Shown here in pieces: positions 9,189 to 18,186 of a stretch of DNA of 46,001 bases (the first letter of the stretch is position 1; every line of letters begins with the position of its first letter). Position numbers and translations under genes: made by a program. The notes under the pieces are model-generated. The model worked only from the letters and a program-made list of their open reading frames with translations, ran no database searches and was not told the DNA's origin. Source of the stretch: Ruminococcus sp. UBA5884 (GTDB taxonomy: Bacteria; Bacillota; Clostridia; Oscillospirales; Ruminococcaceae). The stretch is from positions 5,666-51,666 of the forward strand of contig DJFA01000104.1 of assembly GCA_002431975.1 (NCBI GenBank), in the 5' to 3' direction.

Positions 9189-10418
9189 ATGAATTTAATA
9201 ATAAAAGCCAGTTCACTGGTTATTTTCAGAGATTTGCTTAAAGATAAGGTGTTTTCATTGTTTATAAAGCTGCTTGACAGCATTGAATACAGCAATGAGG
9301 ACGGAATTATAAGAGAATTTCAGATGAAAAGATATTCAAAATTTGTAAATGCCCTGTATAAAAACGGCGGCAATTTTACTGAATATGTTCTTAATTTTAT
9401 TCTTGAAGATGAAAATTTTTATATAGTAAACTATTCACAGAACAGGAATACTGATAAAAATATTGAGGAATGCCTTAAAAATGAACTCAGTATAATTCAG
9501 GAAATATCAACAATGAGTCCGCAGAAAATAAAGGATATGCTGACATATAACCATGAAACAGGCGAATATGTGCAGACACCATATTTTCTTCCTGCATGGA
9601 GTGTTTCTGAAGATATTGATTTCTATGCTGAATATACAAAGCGTGCTGCTGATATCGAAAGCTATGGATATGGCATTTATGCAAAATATTATATGTTTAT
9701 AATCAGAAACGGGGCTGTTGTTCCTGTCAAAAATCCTGACAGCATAAAGCTTGAAAATATGATAGGCTATGAACTGGAGAGAAAAGCTGTAATAGATAAT
9801 ACAGAAGCTTTACTCAGCGGCAAGCCTGCAAGCAATGTTCTGCTTTACGGAGATGCAGGCACAGGAAAATCATCTACAGTAAAGGCTATAGCCAATGCCT
9901 ATAAGGATAAAGGTTTAAGAATAATTGAAATTTCAAAGAAACAACTCAGGGAAATTCCGTTTATTATGGACAGTTTAAGTATAAATCCTCTTAAATTCAT
10001 TATATTTATAGATGACCTTTCATTTGCAAAAGATGATGATGAATTCGGAGAACTTAAAGCAATCCTTGAAGGTTCAGTATCAGCAAGAACTTCAAATATA
10101 GTTATATATGCCACAAGCAACAGACGGCATCTTGTAAAGGAAACCTTTTCAGACAGGGACGGCGATGACATACATCATAATGATACGGTTCAGGAGCTTA
10201 TTTCATTGTCTGAAAGATTTGGTCTTACAGTCAATTTCTCAAAGCCTGACAAGAAGAATTTCATAGATATAGTAACAGGTCTTGCAGAGCAGTACGGACT
10301 TAATGTTCCTCATGATGAACTTGTAAGAGAAGCTGAAAAATTCGTTCTCAGAAAAAGCGGACGCTCACCGAGAGCCGCAAAGCATTTCATTGAATATATG
10401 AAAACAAAGGAAAACTGA
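9189..10418 (+). CDS. AAA-type ATP-binding protein (DUF815-like)
   Basis: Walker A LLYGDAGTGKSS and Walker B FIIFIDDLSF. The ORF track starts at 9129, overlapping the upstream gene. The ATG at 9189 (MNLIIKAS) avoids that overlap. Confidence 0.7.
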   Translation: MNLIIKASSLVIFRDLLKDKVFSLFIKLLDSIEYSNEDGIIREFQMKRYSKFVNALYKNGGNFTEYVLNFILEDENFYIVNYSQNRNTDKNIEECLKNELSIIQEISTMSPQKIKDMLTYNHETGEYVQTPYFLPAWSVSEDIDFYAEYTKRAADIESYGYGIYAKYYMFIIRNGAVVPVKNPDSIKLENMIGYELERKAVIDNTEALLSGKPASNVLLYGDAGTGKSSTVKAIANAYKDKGLRIIEISKKQLREIPFIMDSLSINPLKFIIFIDDLSFAKDDDEFGELKAILEGSVSARTSNIVIYATSNRRHLVKETFSDRDGDDIHHNDTVQELISLSERFGLTVNFSKPDKKNFIDIVTGLAEQYGLNVPHDELVREAEKFVLRKSGRSPRAAKHFIEYMKTKEN

Positions 10419-10419
10419 T

Positions 10420-11001
10420 ATGAAAAAAATTTCGGTAATTATCCCCTGCATTATGGCAATGGGTATCATTTTAATTGTAATCGGAGTATTAAATATTATA
10501 AAATATTCAGATATTGCCGGAGATTTCAATGATTTCCGCATTGATGAAATGAAATCAGGTGAAATATTTGAAGGCGATATAAATATGGTTCTTGATATAA
10601 TAGCGAGCAGTAAAGATGAAAAAAGTTCATATTATCTGATAGTTGTTTCAAATGCTGAATATGAGGGCTACTGTATATTTGAAACAGCATATCATCAGGC
10701 TGAAACAGAAAAACTCTGTAATCAGTCATGGGATTATCTGACCGGTGAAACCGACAGTACAGGTGACCCTGTTCATGTAAAAGTCAGAATGTCTGAAGCA
10801 GAATCAAATGTAATGGAATGGGCTGAAGAATGGTTTGAAAATGACGGCAATACAGAGGCAAAACAATATCTTTGCAAATATAAAATGGTTGAATGCACAG
10901 ATGATAATTTAAAAGCAATAATTATAATATCATGCGGAGCAGTTCTGCTTGCAGCCGGAATTATTTCAGCAATAATTCATAAAAAACATACTGCACAATA
11001 A
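10420..11001 (+). CDS. Bitopic membrane protein of unknown function
   Basis: 193-aa ORF with N- and C-terminal hydrophobic helices around a Cys-containing acidic middle domain. Its start is 1 nt after the DUF815 stop, so it is probably translationally coupled. Confidence 0.6.
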   Translation: MKKISVIIPCIMAMGIILIVIGVLNIIKYSDIAGDFNDFRIDEMKSGEIFEGDINMVLDIIASSKDEKSSYYLIVVSNAEYEGYCIFETAYHQAETEKLCNQSWDYLTGETDSTGDPVHVKVRMSEAESNVMEWAEEWFENDGNTEAKQYLCKYKMVECTDDNLKAIIIISCGAVLLAAGIISAIIHKKHTAQ

Positions 11002-11018
11002 ATTTTTGCAGATTATCA

Positions 11019-11152
11019 TTATGGTTAAACCATAAATTTGATGATTGTTTCCGTAGGGGCGAACTGTGTTCGCCCGATAGGTTTACAGCATACCCCAAAC
11101 GGGCGAACGCAGTTCGCCCCTACATAAAATTTTATCATCGAATTTGCGTTAA
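11019..11152. repeat. Full copy of the MITE/REP-like palindromic element (two GC hairpins plus inverted arms)
   Basis: GTAGGGGCGAACTGTGTTCGCCCG ... CGGGCGAACGCAGTTCGCCCCTACA with arms TTATGGTTAAACCATAAATTTGATGATTG / CATCGAATTTGCGTTAA. It lies between convergent genes. Confidence 0.85.
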
Positions 11153-11158
11153 TACAGT

Positions 11159-11839
11159 TTATTTTTCATTTTTGGTATATACGCTTAAATTATTGCTTTC
11201 ATCACAGAATGCAAGAAATACATCTGAAAGTTTTACATTCTGCATATCGAGCTGATTTTTAAGCCATACATCATTTTTACCTGAATGTTTAAGTTCATCA
11301 TGCATTATTTGTCCGTCAACAATGATATTGACGGGCATTTTTTCCTGTTGAAGCTTCATATTCATATCATAAGGACTGACAGGACGCTTGTCTGCTACAG
11401 GAAGTATGCTTAATTTTCCGTTTGCTTCAAGAACAGCGGTCTGAATGTCATTTATATTGAAATATCCCTGATTTCTGCATTCAGTAAGAAATTCATTGAG
11501 GTCTACCTTGGAGCGAGAGAAATTTTTTCTGAAAAGCTTTCTGTTATCCATAAGAATATGAGGTTTTCCGTTGATAATTTTGCGGAATTTTATTGACTTT
11601 GAAGCACCATATGAAATAGCAACGGATACAGCCGCATAAACTATCATTGCAGTAAAAGGGTGCCAGAAGCTTGTTTCAAGTGATGTAGCCATTTCAGCAG
11701 CGATAGAACCTATTGTTATTCCATTTATATAGTCAAACATACTGAGCTGTGACATCTGACGGTTGCCCATTATTTTTGTAAGTATAAAAAGTTCTGCAAC
11801 AGAGAAAAATGACAGAAGTATAATTTTTATTATTTCCAT
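11159..11839 (-). CDS. DUF421 (YetF-like) membrane protein
   Basis: N-terminal TM segments plus a C-terminal LEANGKLSILP-type domain. The GAGGTG RBS sits 6 nt before the ATG at 11839. The track's GTG at 11848 lies inside that RBS. Confidence 0.6.
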   Translation of the reverse strand: MEIIKIILLSFFSVAELFILTKIMGNRQMSQLSMFDYINGITIGSIAAEMATSLETSFWHPFTAMIVYAAVSVAISYGASKSIKFRKIINGKPHILMDNRKLFRKNFSRSKVDLNEFLTECRNQGYFNINDIQTAVLEANGKLSILPVADKRPVSPYDMNMKLQQEKMPVNIIVDGQIMHDELKHSGKNDVWLKNQLDMQNVKLSDVFLAFCDESNNLSVYTKNEK

Positions 11840-11885
11840 ATAAAACACCTCGGATATATTTTATACGGATTTGATTTGAATATGC

Positions 11886-11924
11886 ATATAAAAATGGGAA
11901 CCCTTTATATTCAAGGATTCCCAT
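11886..11924 (-). terminator. Rho-independent terminator downstream of prfB
   Basis: Minus strand: ATGGGAATCC-loop-GGGTTCCCAT followed by TTTTTATAT. Confidence 0.7.
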
Positions 11925-11932
11925 AAATTTTT

Positions 11933-13051
11933 TTATTTGCTGAGAGTGCCATGTGACAGTGATTTGAGATATTCATTGATAAATCCGTCAAGGTCACCGT
12001 CCATAACAGCATTGATATTACCGTTTTCAAAGCCGGTTCTGTGGTCTTTTACAAGGGTATACGGCATAAATACATATGAGCGTATCTGAGCACCCCATGC
12101 AATTTCTTTCTGAGCACCTTTGATATCAGAAATTTTTTCAAGATGTTCACGTTCTTTTATTTCAACAAGTTTTGAACGGAGCATTTTCATTGCAAAATCA
12201 CGGTTCTGAAACTGGCTTCTCTGAGTCTGGCATGAAACGACTATTCCAGTCGGAAGGTGAGTAATTCTTATTGCAGATTCAGTTTTATTGATATGCTGAC
12301 CGCCTGCACCGCTTGAACGGTATGTGTCAACTTTAAGGTCTTCAGGACGTATATCAATTTCAATGCTGTCATCGATTTCAGGCATTACTTCAACCGCAGC
12401 AAATGATGTATGTCTTCTGCCGGAAGCGTCAAACGGTGAGATTCTTACAAGTCTGTGAACGCCGGCTTCTGATTTGAGAAAACCATATGCATTAAGTCCC
12501 TCAATAAGAACAGACGCACTTTTAAGACCGGCTTCATCGCCATCAAGGTAATCAAGCAGCTTTATCTTGAAATTATGGCGTTCAGCCCAGTGATTATACA
12601 TTCTGTAGAGCATTTCAGCCCAGTCCTGAGCTTCAGTGCCTCCTGCACCGGCATGGAATGTTATAATAGCATTTTTGCTGTCATATTCGCCGGTAAGCAG
12701 AGTTGAGAGTTTTTCCTCCTCAAGATGACGTTTGAAGTCTTCAGCTTCTTTTTTAAGGTCATCAGATGTGCTGTCGTCGCCTTCTTCGATTGAAAGTTCA
12801 ATCATCATTATAGTATCTTCAAGACTGTCTGAAAGTTTCTGGAATTTTTCTATTTTATTCTCAAGATTTTTTGATTTCTGGAGAATTTTCTGAGAATTTT
12901 CGAGGTCGTCCCAGAAACCGTCAGCGGCAATTATTTTCTGAAGTTCCTCCAGTTCTTTTTTTGCCTTGTCTATTTCGAGAACGTCTGAAAGCTCTTTGAT
13001 TTCTGGACGGTAGCCTGCCAGTTCAAGCTTTAATTCTTCAAGTAAAAGCAT
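11933..13051 (-). CDS. prfB: Peptide chain release factor 2 (single frame, no programmed frameshift)
   Basis: SPF tripeptide (RISPFDASGRRHTSFA) and GGQ (SSGAGGQHINKTES). The start MLLLEELK at 13051 aligns with the RF2 N-terminus. The track's extension to 13120 runs into the predicted promoter. Confidence 0.93.
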   Translation of the reverse strand: MLLLEELKLELAGYRPEIKELSDVLEIDKAKKELEELQKIIAADGFWDDLENSQKILQKSKNLENKIEKFQKLSDSLEDTIMMIELSIEEGDDSTSDDLKKEAEDFKRHLEEEKLSTLLTGEYDSKNAIITFHAGAGGTEAQDWAEMLYRMYNHWAERHNFKIKLLDYLDGDEAGLKSASVLIEGLNAYGFLKSEAGVHRLVRISPFDASGRRHTSFAAVEVMPEIDDSIEIDIRPEDLKVDTYRSSGAGGQHINKTESAIRITHLPTGIVVSCQTQRSQFQNRDFAMKMLRSKLVEIKEREHLEKISDIKGAQKEIAWGAQIRSYVFMPYTLVKDHRTGFENGNINAVMDGDLDGFINEYLKSLSHGTLSK

Positions 13052-13091
13052 AAATAAATAATTTCCTTTCTGTAAATTCGCTGTATCTTTT

Positions 13092-13120
13092 ATTATACTA
13101 TAAAAAAGCTGATACTGCAA
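13092..13120 (-). promoter_or_regulatory. Putative sigma-A promoter of prfB
   Basis: Minus strand: TTGCAG-17 nt-TATAAT. Confidence 0.45.
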
Positions 13121-13137
13121 ATATTTATTTATAAATA

Positions 13138-13165
13138 TTGAAAAATATTATTTTTATGATATAAT
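13138..13165 (+). promoter_or_regulatory. Putative sigma-A promoter (extended -10) of the zinc-ribbon membrane protein gene
   Basis: TTGAAA-16 nt-TATAAT with TGA immediately upstream of the -10. Confidence 0.5.
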
Positions 13166-13210
13166 ATTATTATATAATGCAGTCTTAAATAACTGTAAGG
13201 AGGTATTGCT

Positions 13211-14122
13211 TTGGACTATAAAGGCAACGTATGTAAAGTATGCGGTAAAAAATTTACTGAATCTGATGATATTGTAGTATGCCCTGAATGCGGCACTCCA
13301 TATCACAGGGAATGCTATAAAAAAGAAGGCAGATGCATAAATACTGAACTTCATCAGAAACATGAAAGCTGGAAGCCTGAAATAAGCGAAAAAAACGATT
13401 ATGAAGAACCATATAAATGTGAAAAATGCGGCTATGAAAATAATCCGTCAAGCCGTTTCTGCGAAGGCTGCGGAGCTTCACTTTATGATGAAAAAAAGAT
13501 TCTTGATGATATGAATGATTCGCTCCAGAAAGCTGTATGCGAAAGCATGAATATTGATGATGAGGAAATTGACGGAGTTAAAATGTATAAATTAGCGTAT
13601 TTTGTACGCAATAATATTCCGTATTATATTACAATGTTCAAAAGATTCAATAAAACCGGTAAGAAAATCTCATTTAATTTCCTTTGTTTTCTGTTTCCAT
13701 ACTATTATTTTGCAGGCAGAAAAATGTATGGCTGGGCAGCAGCTTCATTTGCAGTAATTACTCTGCTTTCAGTGCCTGCAATGATGGATATTCTGACAGG
13801 CAGTAATGGTCTTATGACAACGATAGACAGTGCGATAACTCAGACAAGTATGTTTTCAGCCGTGCTTAATGTTACAAATTTCCTGACAATTGCATTCAAA
13901 ATTATAATAGCCATGCTTGCCAACTGGATATACTGTAAATTTGCGGTGAAATCGGTAAAAAGCCTTGAAGGAAGCTGTTCTGATACTGAAATGGTTTATG
14001 TGCTGATGAAAAAGGGCGGTACTAATATCTGGGCAATAGTTATAACATTTGCGATTGAACTTGTTGTTATGACAGGTCTTATGATGATTCTCGGACTTAT
14101 CCTTTTTACCTCATCAGTCTGA
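13211..14122 (+). CDS. Zinc-finger/zinc-ribbon membrane protein (DUF2628-like C-terminal membrane domain)
   Basis: TTG start 7 nt after AAGGAGG. N-terminal CKVCG...CPECGTPYHRECY and CEKCG...CEGCG Cys clusters are followed by 3-4 TM helices. Confidence 0.65.
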   Translation: MDYKGNVCKVCGKKFTESDDIVVCPECGTPYHRECYKKEGRCINTELHQKHESWKPEISEKNDYEEPYKCEKCGYENNPSSRFCEGCGASLYDEKKILDDMNDSLQKAVCESMNIDDEEIDGVKMYKLAYFVRNNIPYYITMFKRFNKTGKKISFNFLCFLFPYYYFAGRKMYGWAAASFAVITLLSVPAMMDILTGSNGLMTTIDSAITQTSMFSAVLNVTNFLTIAFKIIIAMLANWIYCKFAVKSVKSLEGSCSDTEMVYVLMKKGGTNIWAIVITFAIELVVMTGLMMILGLILFTSSV

Positions 14123-14140
14123 TATTTTTTTATAAAATAC

Positions 14141-14169
14141 TTGACAAATCCCTTTATATTTGTTATAAT
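14141..14169 (+). promoter_or_regulatory. Consensus sigma-A promoter of the rpsF-ssb-rpsR operon
   Basis: TTGACA-17 nt-TATAAT. Confidence 0.7.
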
Positions 14170-14232
14170 TTTATTGTTATCCTTGCTCGTGTATAGAATA
14201 TGCGGGCGAAATCCAGAAGGAGGTGTATATGA

Positions 14233-14523
14233 ATGGCAAAATTGAATGAAAAATACGAAGCTATGGCAGTATTCAGCCTTTCTTCAGGCGAAGACGCTGT
14301 TAAGGAACTCGTGGAAAAATTCAAATCTGTAATTGAAAAGCATGCTGTTCTTGAATCTGTTGAGGAATGGGGCAAGCGTAAGCTCGCATACCCAATCAAT
14401 GATGAAGCTGACGGTTACTATGTAATTTACAGCTTTGAAGCAAAGACAGATTTCCCGGCTGAACTCGAAAGAAGATTCAACATTACTGAAAATGTTCTTC
14501 GTTCACTGGTTACAGTTAAGTAA
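14233..14523 (+). CDS. rpsF: 30S ribosomal protein bS6
   Basis: 96 aa, YEAMAVF...WGKRKLAYPI..GYYV. GAAGGAGGTG RBS. Confidence 0.95.
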   Translation: MAKLNEKYEAMAVFSLSSGEDAVKELVEKFKSVIEKHAVLESVEEWGKRKLAYPINDEADGYYVIYSFEAKTDFPAELERRFNITENVLRSLVTVK

Positions 14524-14550
14524 GCCGTGAAAGCATGAGGAGGAATTTCC

Positions 14551-15096
14551 GTGATTAATAAAGTTATTCTCATGGGCAGACTTACCGCTGACCCTGAACT
14601 CAGACAAACTCCGTCAGGCGTATCAGTATGCCGTTTTACAGTTGCTGTGAACCGCCCTTATGCGGACAAGCAGACAGGCGAAAGACAGTCTGATTTCATA
14701 AATGTAGTTGCATGGCGTGCTTCTGCTGATTTTGTTGCCAGATATTTTTCAAAGGGCAGAATGATTATTGTAGAGGGAAGCCTTAGAAATGATAATTATA
14801 CTGACCAGAATGGTGTAAAACATTATAATATGAATGTTCAGGCAGACAACATTACTTTCGGTGAATCCAAAAATGCTGCAAACGGCGGCAACAATAATGG
14901 CTATGCCCCTAATAACAGCTATGGCGGCGGATATAATCAGAATAATAATTATTCTTATCCGGCTCCGAACCAGATGCCTCAGCCGCAGAATCCTGCACCG
15001 GTACAGCCTCAGCCGCAGTCAGTGCCTAATGAATCACTTCAGATTGGTGATTTGAGTGACTTTGAAGTATTAAGTGACGGAGATGTCCCGTTTTAA
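14551..15096 (+). CDS. ssb: Single-stranded DNA-binding protein
   Basis: GTG start after GAGGAGG. OB fold [18 protein letters not shown], a Gly/Asn/Pro/Gln-rich linker and the acidic tail DGDVPF. Confidence 0.95.
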   Translation: MINKVILMGRLTADPELRQTPSGVSVCRFTVAVNRPYADKQTGERQSDFINVVAWRASADFVARYFSKGRMIIVEGSLRNDNYTDQNGVKHYNMNVQADNITFGESKNAANGGNNNGYAPNNSYGGGYNQNNNYSYPAPNQMPQPQNPAPVQPQPQSVPNESLQIGDLSDFEVLSDGDVPF

Positions 15097-15125
15097 TCAG
15101 ATTTTTTAAAAAGGAGGATTTTTCC

Positions 15126-15371
15126 ATGGAAAGAGGAGAAAGAAGTCCACGTGGTGCAAAAAGACCTCGTAAAAAGGTTTGCTCATTCTGCGTAGACAGA
15201 GCTGAAACTATTAATTATAAAGATGTTGCAAAGCTCAGAAAATGCATGACTGAAAGAGCTAAAATTCTTCCAAGACGTGTAACAGGTACTTGTGCATATC
15301 ATCAGCGTGAACTTACAACTGCTATCAAGAGAGCAAGACATATTGCTTTGCTTCCATATGTAAGTGAATAA
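15126..15371 (+). CDS. rpsR: 30S ribosomal protein bS18
   Basis: 81 aa, KKVCSFC...INYKDV..L....[13 protein letters not shown]. Confidence 0.95.
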   Translation: MERGERSPRGAKRPRKKVCSFCVDRAETINYKDVAKLRKCMTERAKILPRRVTGTCAYHQRELTTAIKRARHIALLPYVSE

Positions 15372-15382
15372 TATAAATAATC

Positions 15383-15415
15383 AGGAGAATTTCATATGAA
15401 ATTCTCCTTTTTTAT
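15383..15415 (+). terminator. Rho-independent terminator of the rpsF operon
   Basis: AGGAGAATTTC-ATAT-GAAATTCTCCT followed by TTTTTT. Confidence 0.85.
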
Positions 15416-15421
15416 TCTGTA

Positions 15422-15578
15422 TGGGCGACCATTGGTAGCCGTCCAAATTATGGTTCAACGATAATTTCAATGATTGTTTCTGTAGGGGCGAACTGTGTTC
15501 GCCCGATAGGTTTACAGCATACCAAAACGGGCGAACACAGTTCGCCCCTGCAAATAACAATCATCAAATTGGCGGATT
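15422..15578. repeat. MITE/REP-like element copy (full copy preceded by a decayed extra hairpin)
   Basis: The decayed hairpin GGGCGACCATTGGTAGCCGTCC is followed by the left arm TGGTTCAACGATAATTTCAATGATTG. Next come GTAGGGGCGAACTGTGTTCGCCCG...CGGGCGAACACAGTTCGCCCCTGCA and the right arm ATCATCAAATTGGCG. Confidence 0.85.
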
Positions 15579-15610
15579 TGAAATTGCAGGCAGCAGCTTG
15601 CCGTAAAAAT

Positions 15611-15648
15611 AAAAAGCGGCTGATTTAAAAAAAAATCAACCGTTTTTA
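15611..15648 (-). terminator. Terminator (bidirectional-looking) at the end of the minus-strand genes
   Basis: Minus strand: AAAACGGTTGATT-TTTTTTT-AAATCAGCCGCTTTT followed by TATTTTT. Confidence 0.65.
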
Positions 15649-15663
15649 TGTATTGTGAAATGC

Positions 15664-15885
15664 TTATTCAGCATCTTCATCAACGACGATACCAGGATAA
15701 TCTCTGTTGAGATTTTTAAGGAAGTTTTCATAATCGCCCTTATATAAAGCGTAAACGTCAACTCTCTTAGTGATTCTGCCGTTTTCGTCAGCATCTTCTT
15801 TTCTGAGTGTTTCCTTAATATGGTCAAGCTTCCACATTGTCAAAGCAACTGATAAATCATGAGCTCTCTGTTCGTTGTCAGTCAT
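15664..15885 (-). CDS. Small acidic hypothetical protein (73 aa)
   Basis: Strong AAAGGAGGT RBS 7 nt before the ATG, its own promoter, and no recognisable motif. Confidence 0.55.
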   Translation of the reverse strand: MTDNEQRAHDLSVALTMWKLDHIKETLRKEDADENGRITKRVDVYALYKGDYENFLKNLNRDYPGIVVDEDAE

Positions 15886-15915
15886 TTTTCATACCTCCTT
15901 TCGTACAATAAATAA

Positions 15916-15944
15916 ATTATAACATACCTTGTTAAAAAAATCAA
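15916..15944 (-). promoter_or_regulatory. Putative sigma-A promoter of the 73-aa gene
   Basis: Minus strand: TTGATT-17 nt-TATAAT. Confidence 0.5.
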
Positions 15945-15961
15945 GCATTTTAAATAAAAAA

Positions 15962-16201
15962 TTAAATTCTTGATTTAATGATTTTCACCATTTCGCCTAC
16001 GTTTTTCATTGTGGAAACTTCGCCCATCTTGAATTTCATGCCAAATTCCTTTTCAACGGCTTCGATGAGATTGATATGTTCAAGGCTGTCCCATTCATCA
16101 ATATCATCAGCAGTTGTATCTTCAAAGAGGTCAACTTCATCGAGGTCGAAAACGTCCATAAAAATTTCTTCAAGTTTTGCGTAAATCTGCTGTTCGTTCA
16201 T
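15962..16201 (-). CDS. Acyl/peptidyl carrier protein (DltC-like position in an MBOAT operon)
   Basis: 79 aa with phosphopantetheine-site context DIDEWDSLEHINLIEAVEKEFG. AAAGGAG RBS. Confidence 0.85.
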   Translation of the reverse strand: MNEQQIYAKLEEIFMDVFDLDEVDLFEDTTADDIDEWDSLEHINLIEAVEKEFGMKFKMGEVSTMKNVGEMVKIIKSRI

Positions 16202-16219
16202 AAATATTCTCCTTTTTGT

Positions 16220-18016
16220 TTATGTAAGATTGTTTTTGATGACTTTTATAACGTGACTGGCAGGTGTATAGTCAGCGGTATTGAGTTTCCATACGCTGTC
16301 GCCATTTTCCGCAGCATTGATTTTTTCAAATCCGAATGAAGCGAAAAGGTCTTTTACCATATTATTCTTTGCAGTTTTATAATAGTATCCGAAAATTTCA
16401 GAAATATTATTTTTTAAGCATTCCTTTACAAGTTCATCAAGCATTGCAAATTCCATGTCACGTTTTAAGACACGGCAGCTCATAAGCCATAAATCTATAT
16501 GGAGAGAGGAATTTTCCTTTTTGCCGATAACCACGGATACAACGCCGTTGTCGCCGAATTTGTCAGTAAGTTTTCCATATAATCTTATATAGTTGTCACT
16601 GTGAAAAACTTCTTCCATTTCAGCCTGAGTATATCTTTTTGTAGTCAGATTGAACTGATTGCTTTTATTTGTAAGCTGAACGATTCTCTGAAGGTAAATC
16701 GGGTCGAAATCGTCAATTACAGCGACCATTTCAAGGCTTTTCAGATAATCATTATAGTTTGAGAACTGTTTCTGCTGAACAGCTCTTTCAGCATTTTTCT
16801 TATACATTTCATTGCGTTTTATATCGTCTTCAGAGAATGAAGTGACTTCAAAATATCCGGCTTTGTCGATTATCTGGATATATGACTCAACATTCTTTAT
16901 ATCAGGAGCAAGAACTCCCGGAAGCTGTGATTTTACAATTTCTCTTTCAGCCGGATTGTCATCAATGAAAACAATGCTGTCAGTCAGGATATTTATATCA
17001 GAAGCAATTTCAGATATATTGCTGTCTTTAGTATTCCAGTTAGCTTTTATTGAGATAAAATCGTCAGGGGAAAGAATGCTGTCAGGGTGTTTAAGACCAA
17101 GAACAGCGTTTTCCTCATCATTTTTGGAGCATACGGAAAGTATCACGCCAAGATTTTTATGAGCCTTTATATATTTCTGAAATTCGCTGTAAGCCTGTGA
17201 CATTGAGGTTTCATTGCCGATTTCAATGCCTTCCTGACCGTCATCTCCGATAACTCCGCCCCAGAGAGTATTGTCGAGGTCGAGAGCAAAGGCTTTTTTA
17301 TTTTTTCCGAGGATTGATTTTATTATATTTGCAAGATTATATGAAAATTCAGGGATTGCACTGACACTCAACGCATATTTATACATATACCAGTAAAAAG
17401 GCTGTGACCATTTTTCAAGACCATATGAGGCTGAAAGATAGTTTATATCATGGATAAAGAAATTTTCATGAGTCTGTGCATATTCATAGAATTTCATGTT
17501 AAGTCTTGAAATAAAGTTTGATTTTCCATGGATATCGCTTGAATCCTTGTTGCCGAGAAGTCTGTAAAACGGCAGTTCCATATTATTCTGAATTATCGGG
17601 CAGTGGAATTTTTCAAAAAGATTATCCCACATTCTGCTGAAATGGCTGTACTGTCGTTCAAGAGCCTCATCAGTTTCAGCAGCAGATGCAGTCATACAGC
17701 CTTCATTAAATTCAGTTATATTTCTGTTGGTTGTGTGAATGAATATAAAATCGGGTTTAAATCCGTCAAGCTCCGGATTTCCGAACATAGCGTCCTGCCA
17801 GTACTGACCGAATTCAGACTGATAGAATGATGGTTCTATACCGTAATTGAGCAGAAAAAGCTCCAGCATTGAAATTATATCATTTGTAGTTGAACCGCCG
17901 AGAACAGCTATATTTTTTTTAATTCTCTGTGAACCGTCAGCGAGGAGCTGTTTTTTTATTGAACGGCGTTTTTTGAGTATATATTCGCTGTCAAAAGGGT
18001 AATCAAGTTCTTTCAT
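16220..18016 (-). CDS. FkbH-like HAD-superfamily IIIC protein (putative carrier-protein loader)
   Basis: 598 aa. HAD-IIIC motif I is FALDLDNTLWGGVIGDDG. An SCRV-type Cys-containing segment (LWLMSCRVLKRDME) is also present. Confidence 0.8.
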   Translation of the reverse strand: MKELDYPFDSEYILKKRRSIKKQLLADGSQRIKKNIAVLGGSTTNDIISMLELFLLNYGIEPSFYQSEFGQYWQDAMFGNPELDGFKPDFIFIHTTNRNITEFNEGCMTASAAETDEALERQYSHFSRMWDNLFEKFHCPIIQNNMELPFYRLLGNKDSSDIHGKSNFISRLNMKFYEYAQTHENFFIHDINYLSASYGLEKWSQPFYWYMYKYALSVSAIPEFSYNLANIIKSILGKNKKAFALDLDNTLWGGVIGDDGQEGIEIGNETSMSQAYSEFQKYIKAHKNLGVILSVCSKNDEENAVLGLKHPDSILSPDDFISIKANWNTKDSNISEIASDINILTDSIVFIDDNPAEREIVKSQLPGVLAPDIKNVESYIQIIDKAGYFEVTSFSEDDIKRNEMYKKNAERAVQQKQFSNYNDYLKSLEMVAVIDDFDPIYLQRIVQLTNKSNQFNLTTKRYTQAEMEEVFHSDNYIRLYGKLTDKFGDNGVVSVVIGKKENSSLHIDLWLMSCRVLKRDMEFAMLDELVKECLKNNISEIFGYYYKTAKNNMVKDLFASFGFEKINAAENGDSVWKLNTADYTPASHVIKVIKNNLT

Positions 18017-18056
18017 ATTTTTTTATCTCCTTTTTTACTGAACATGGATATTTTCT

Positions 18057-18183
18057 GTAGGGGCGAACTGTGTTCGCCCGCTCAGTTTACAGCAAATCTT
18101 CAACGGGCGAACACAGTTCGCCCCTACAAAATATACAGAAAATCCCGTGTTTTCAACAATAAAATTTTGTTGTCAAATTTGTG
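18057..18183. repeat. MITE/REP-like element copy inserted inside the MBOAT-DHHW-FkbH-ACP operon
   Basis: GTAGGGGCGAACTGTGTTCGCCCG...CGGGCGAACACAGTTCGCCCCTACA plus the long right arm. It is flanked by a 25-bp direct duplication (18032-18056 and 18184-18208). Confidence 0.85.
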
Positions 18184-18186
18184 TTT

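Noticed and set aside
11733-11924. 63-aa minus-strand ORF between DUF421 and prfB.
   Set aside because: It overlaps the DUF421 start region and the prfB terminator hairpin, and it has no RBS.
12960-13051. Programmed +1 frameshift site (CTT TGA C type) expected near codon 26 of prfB.
   Set aside because: The RF2 N-terminus (MLLLEELKLELAGYRPEIKELSDVLEIDKAKKELEEL) is continuous in one frame through the equivalent position. This prfB is therefore the non-frameshifted type.
14170-14232. Possible S6:S18-binding autoregulatory leader structure upstream of rpsF.
   Set aside because: I cannot recall the motif precisely enough to verify it by eye. Only a generic GC-containing segment (GCGGGCGAAATCC) is visible. 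An Rfam scan is needed.
14834-15055. 73-aa + strand ORF overlapping the 3' half of ssb.
   Set aside because: It is an alternate frame of the Gly/Asn/Pro/Gln-rich SSB linker. It has no RBS, and the ssb frame ends with the conserved DGDVPF tail.
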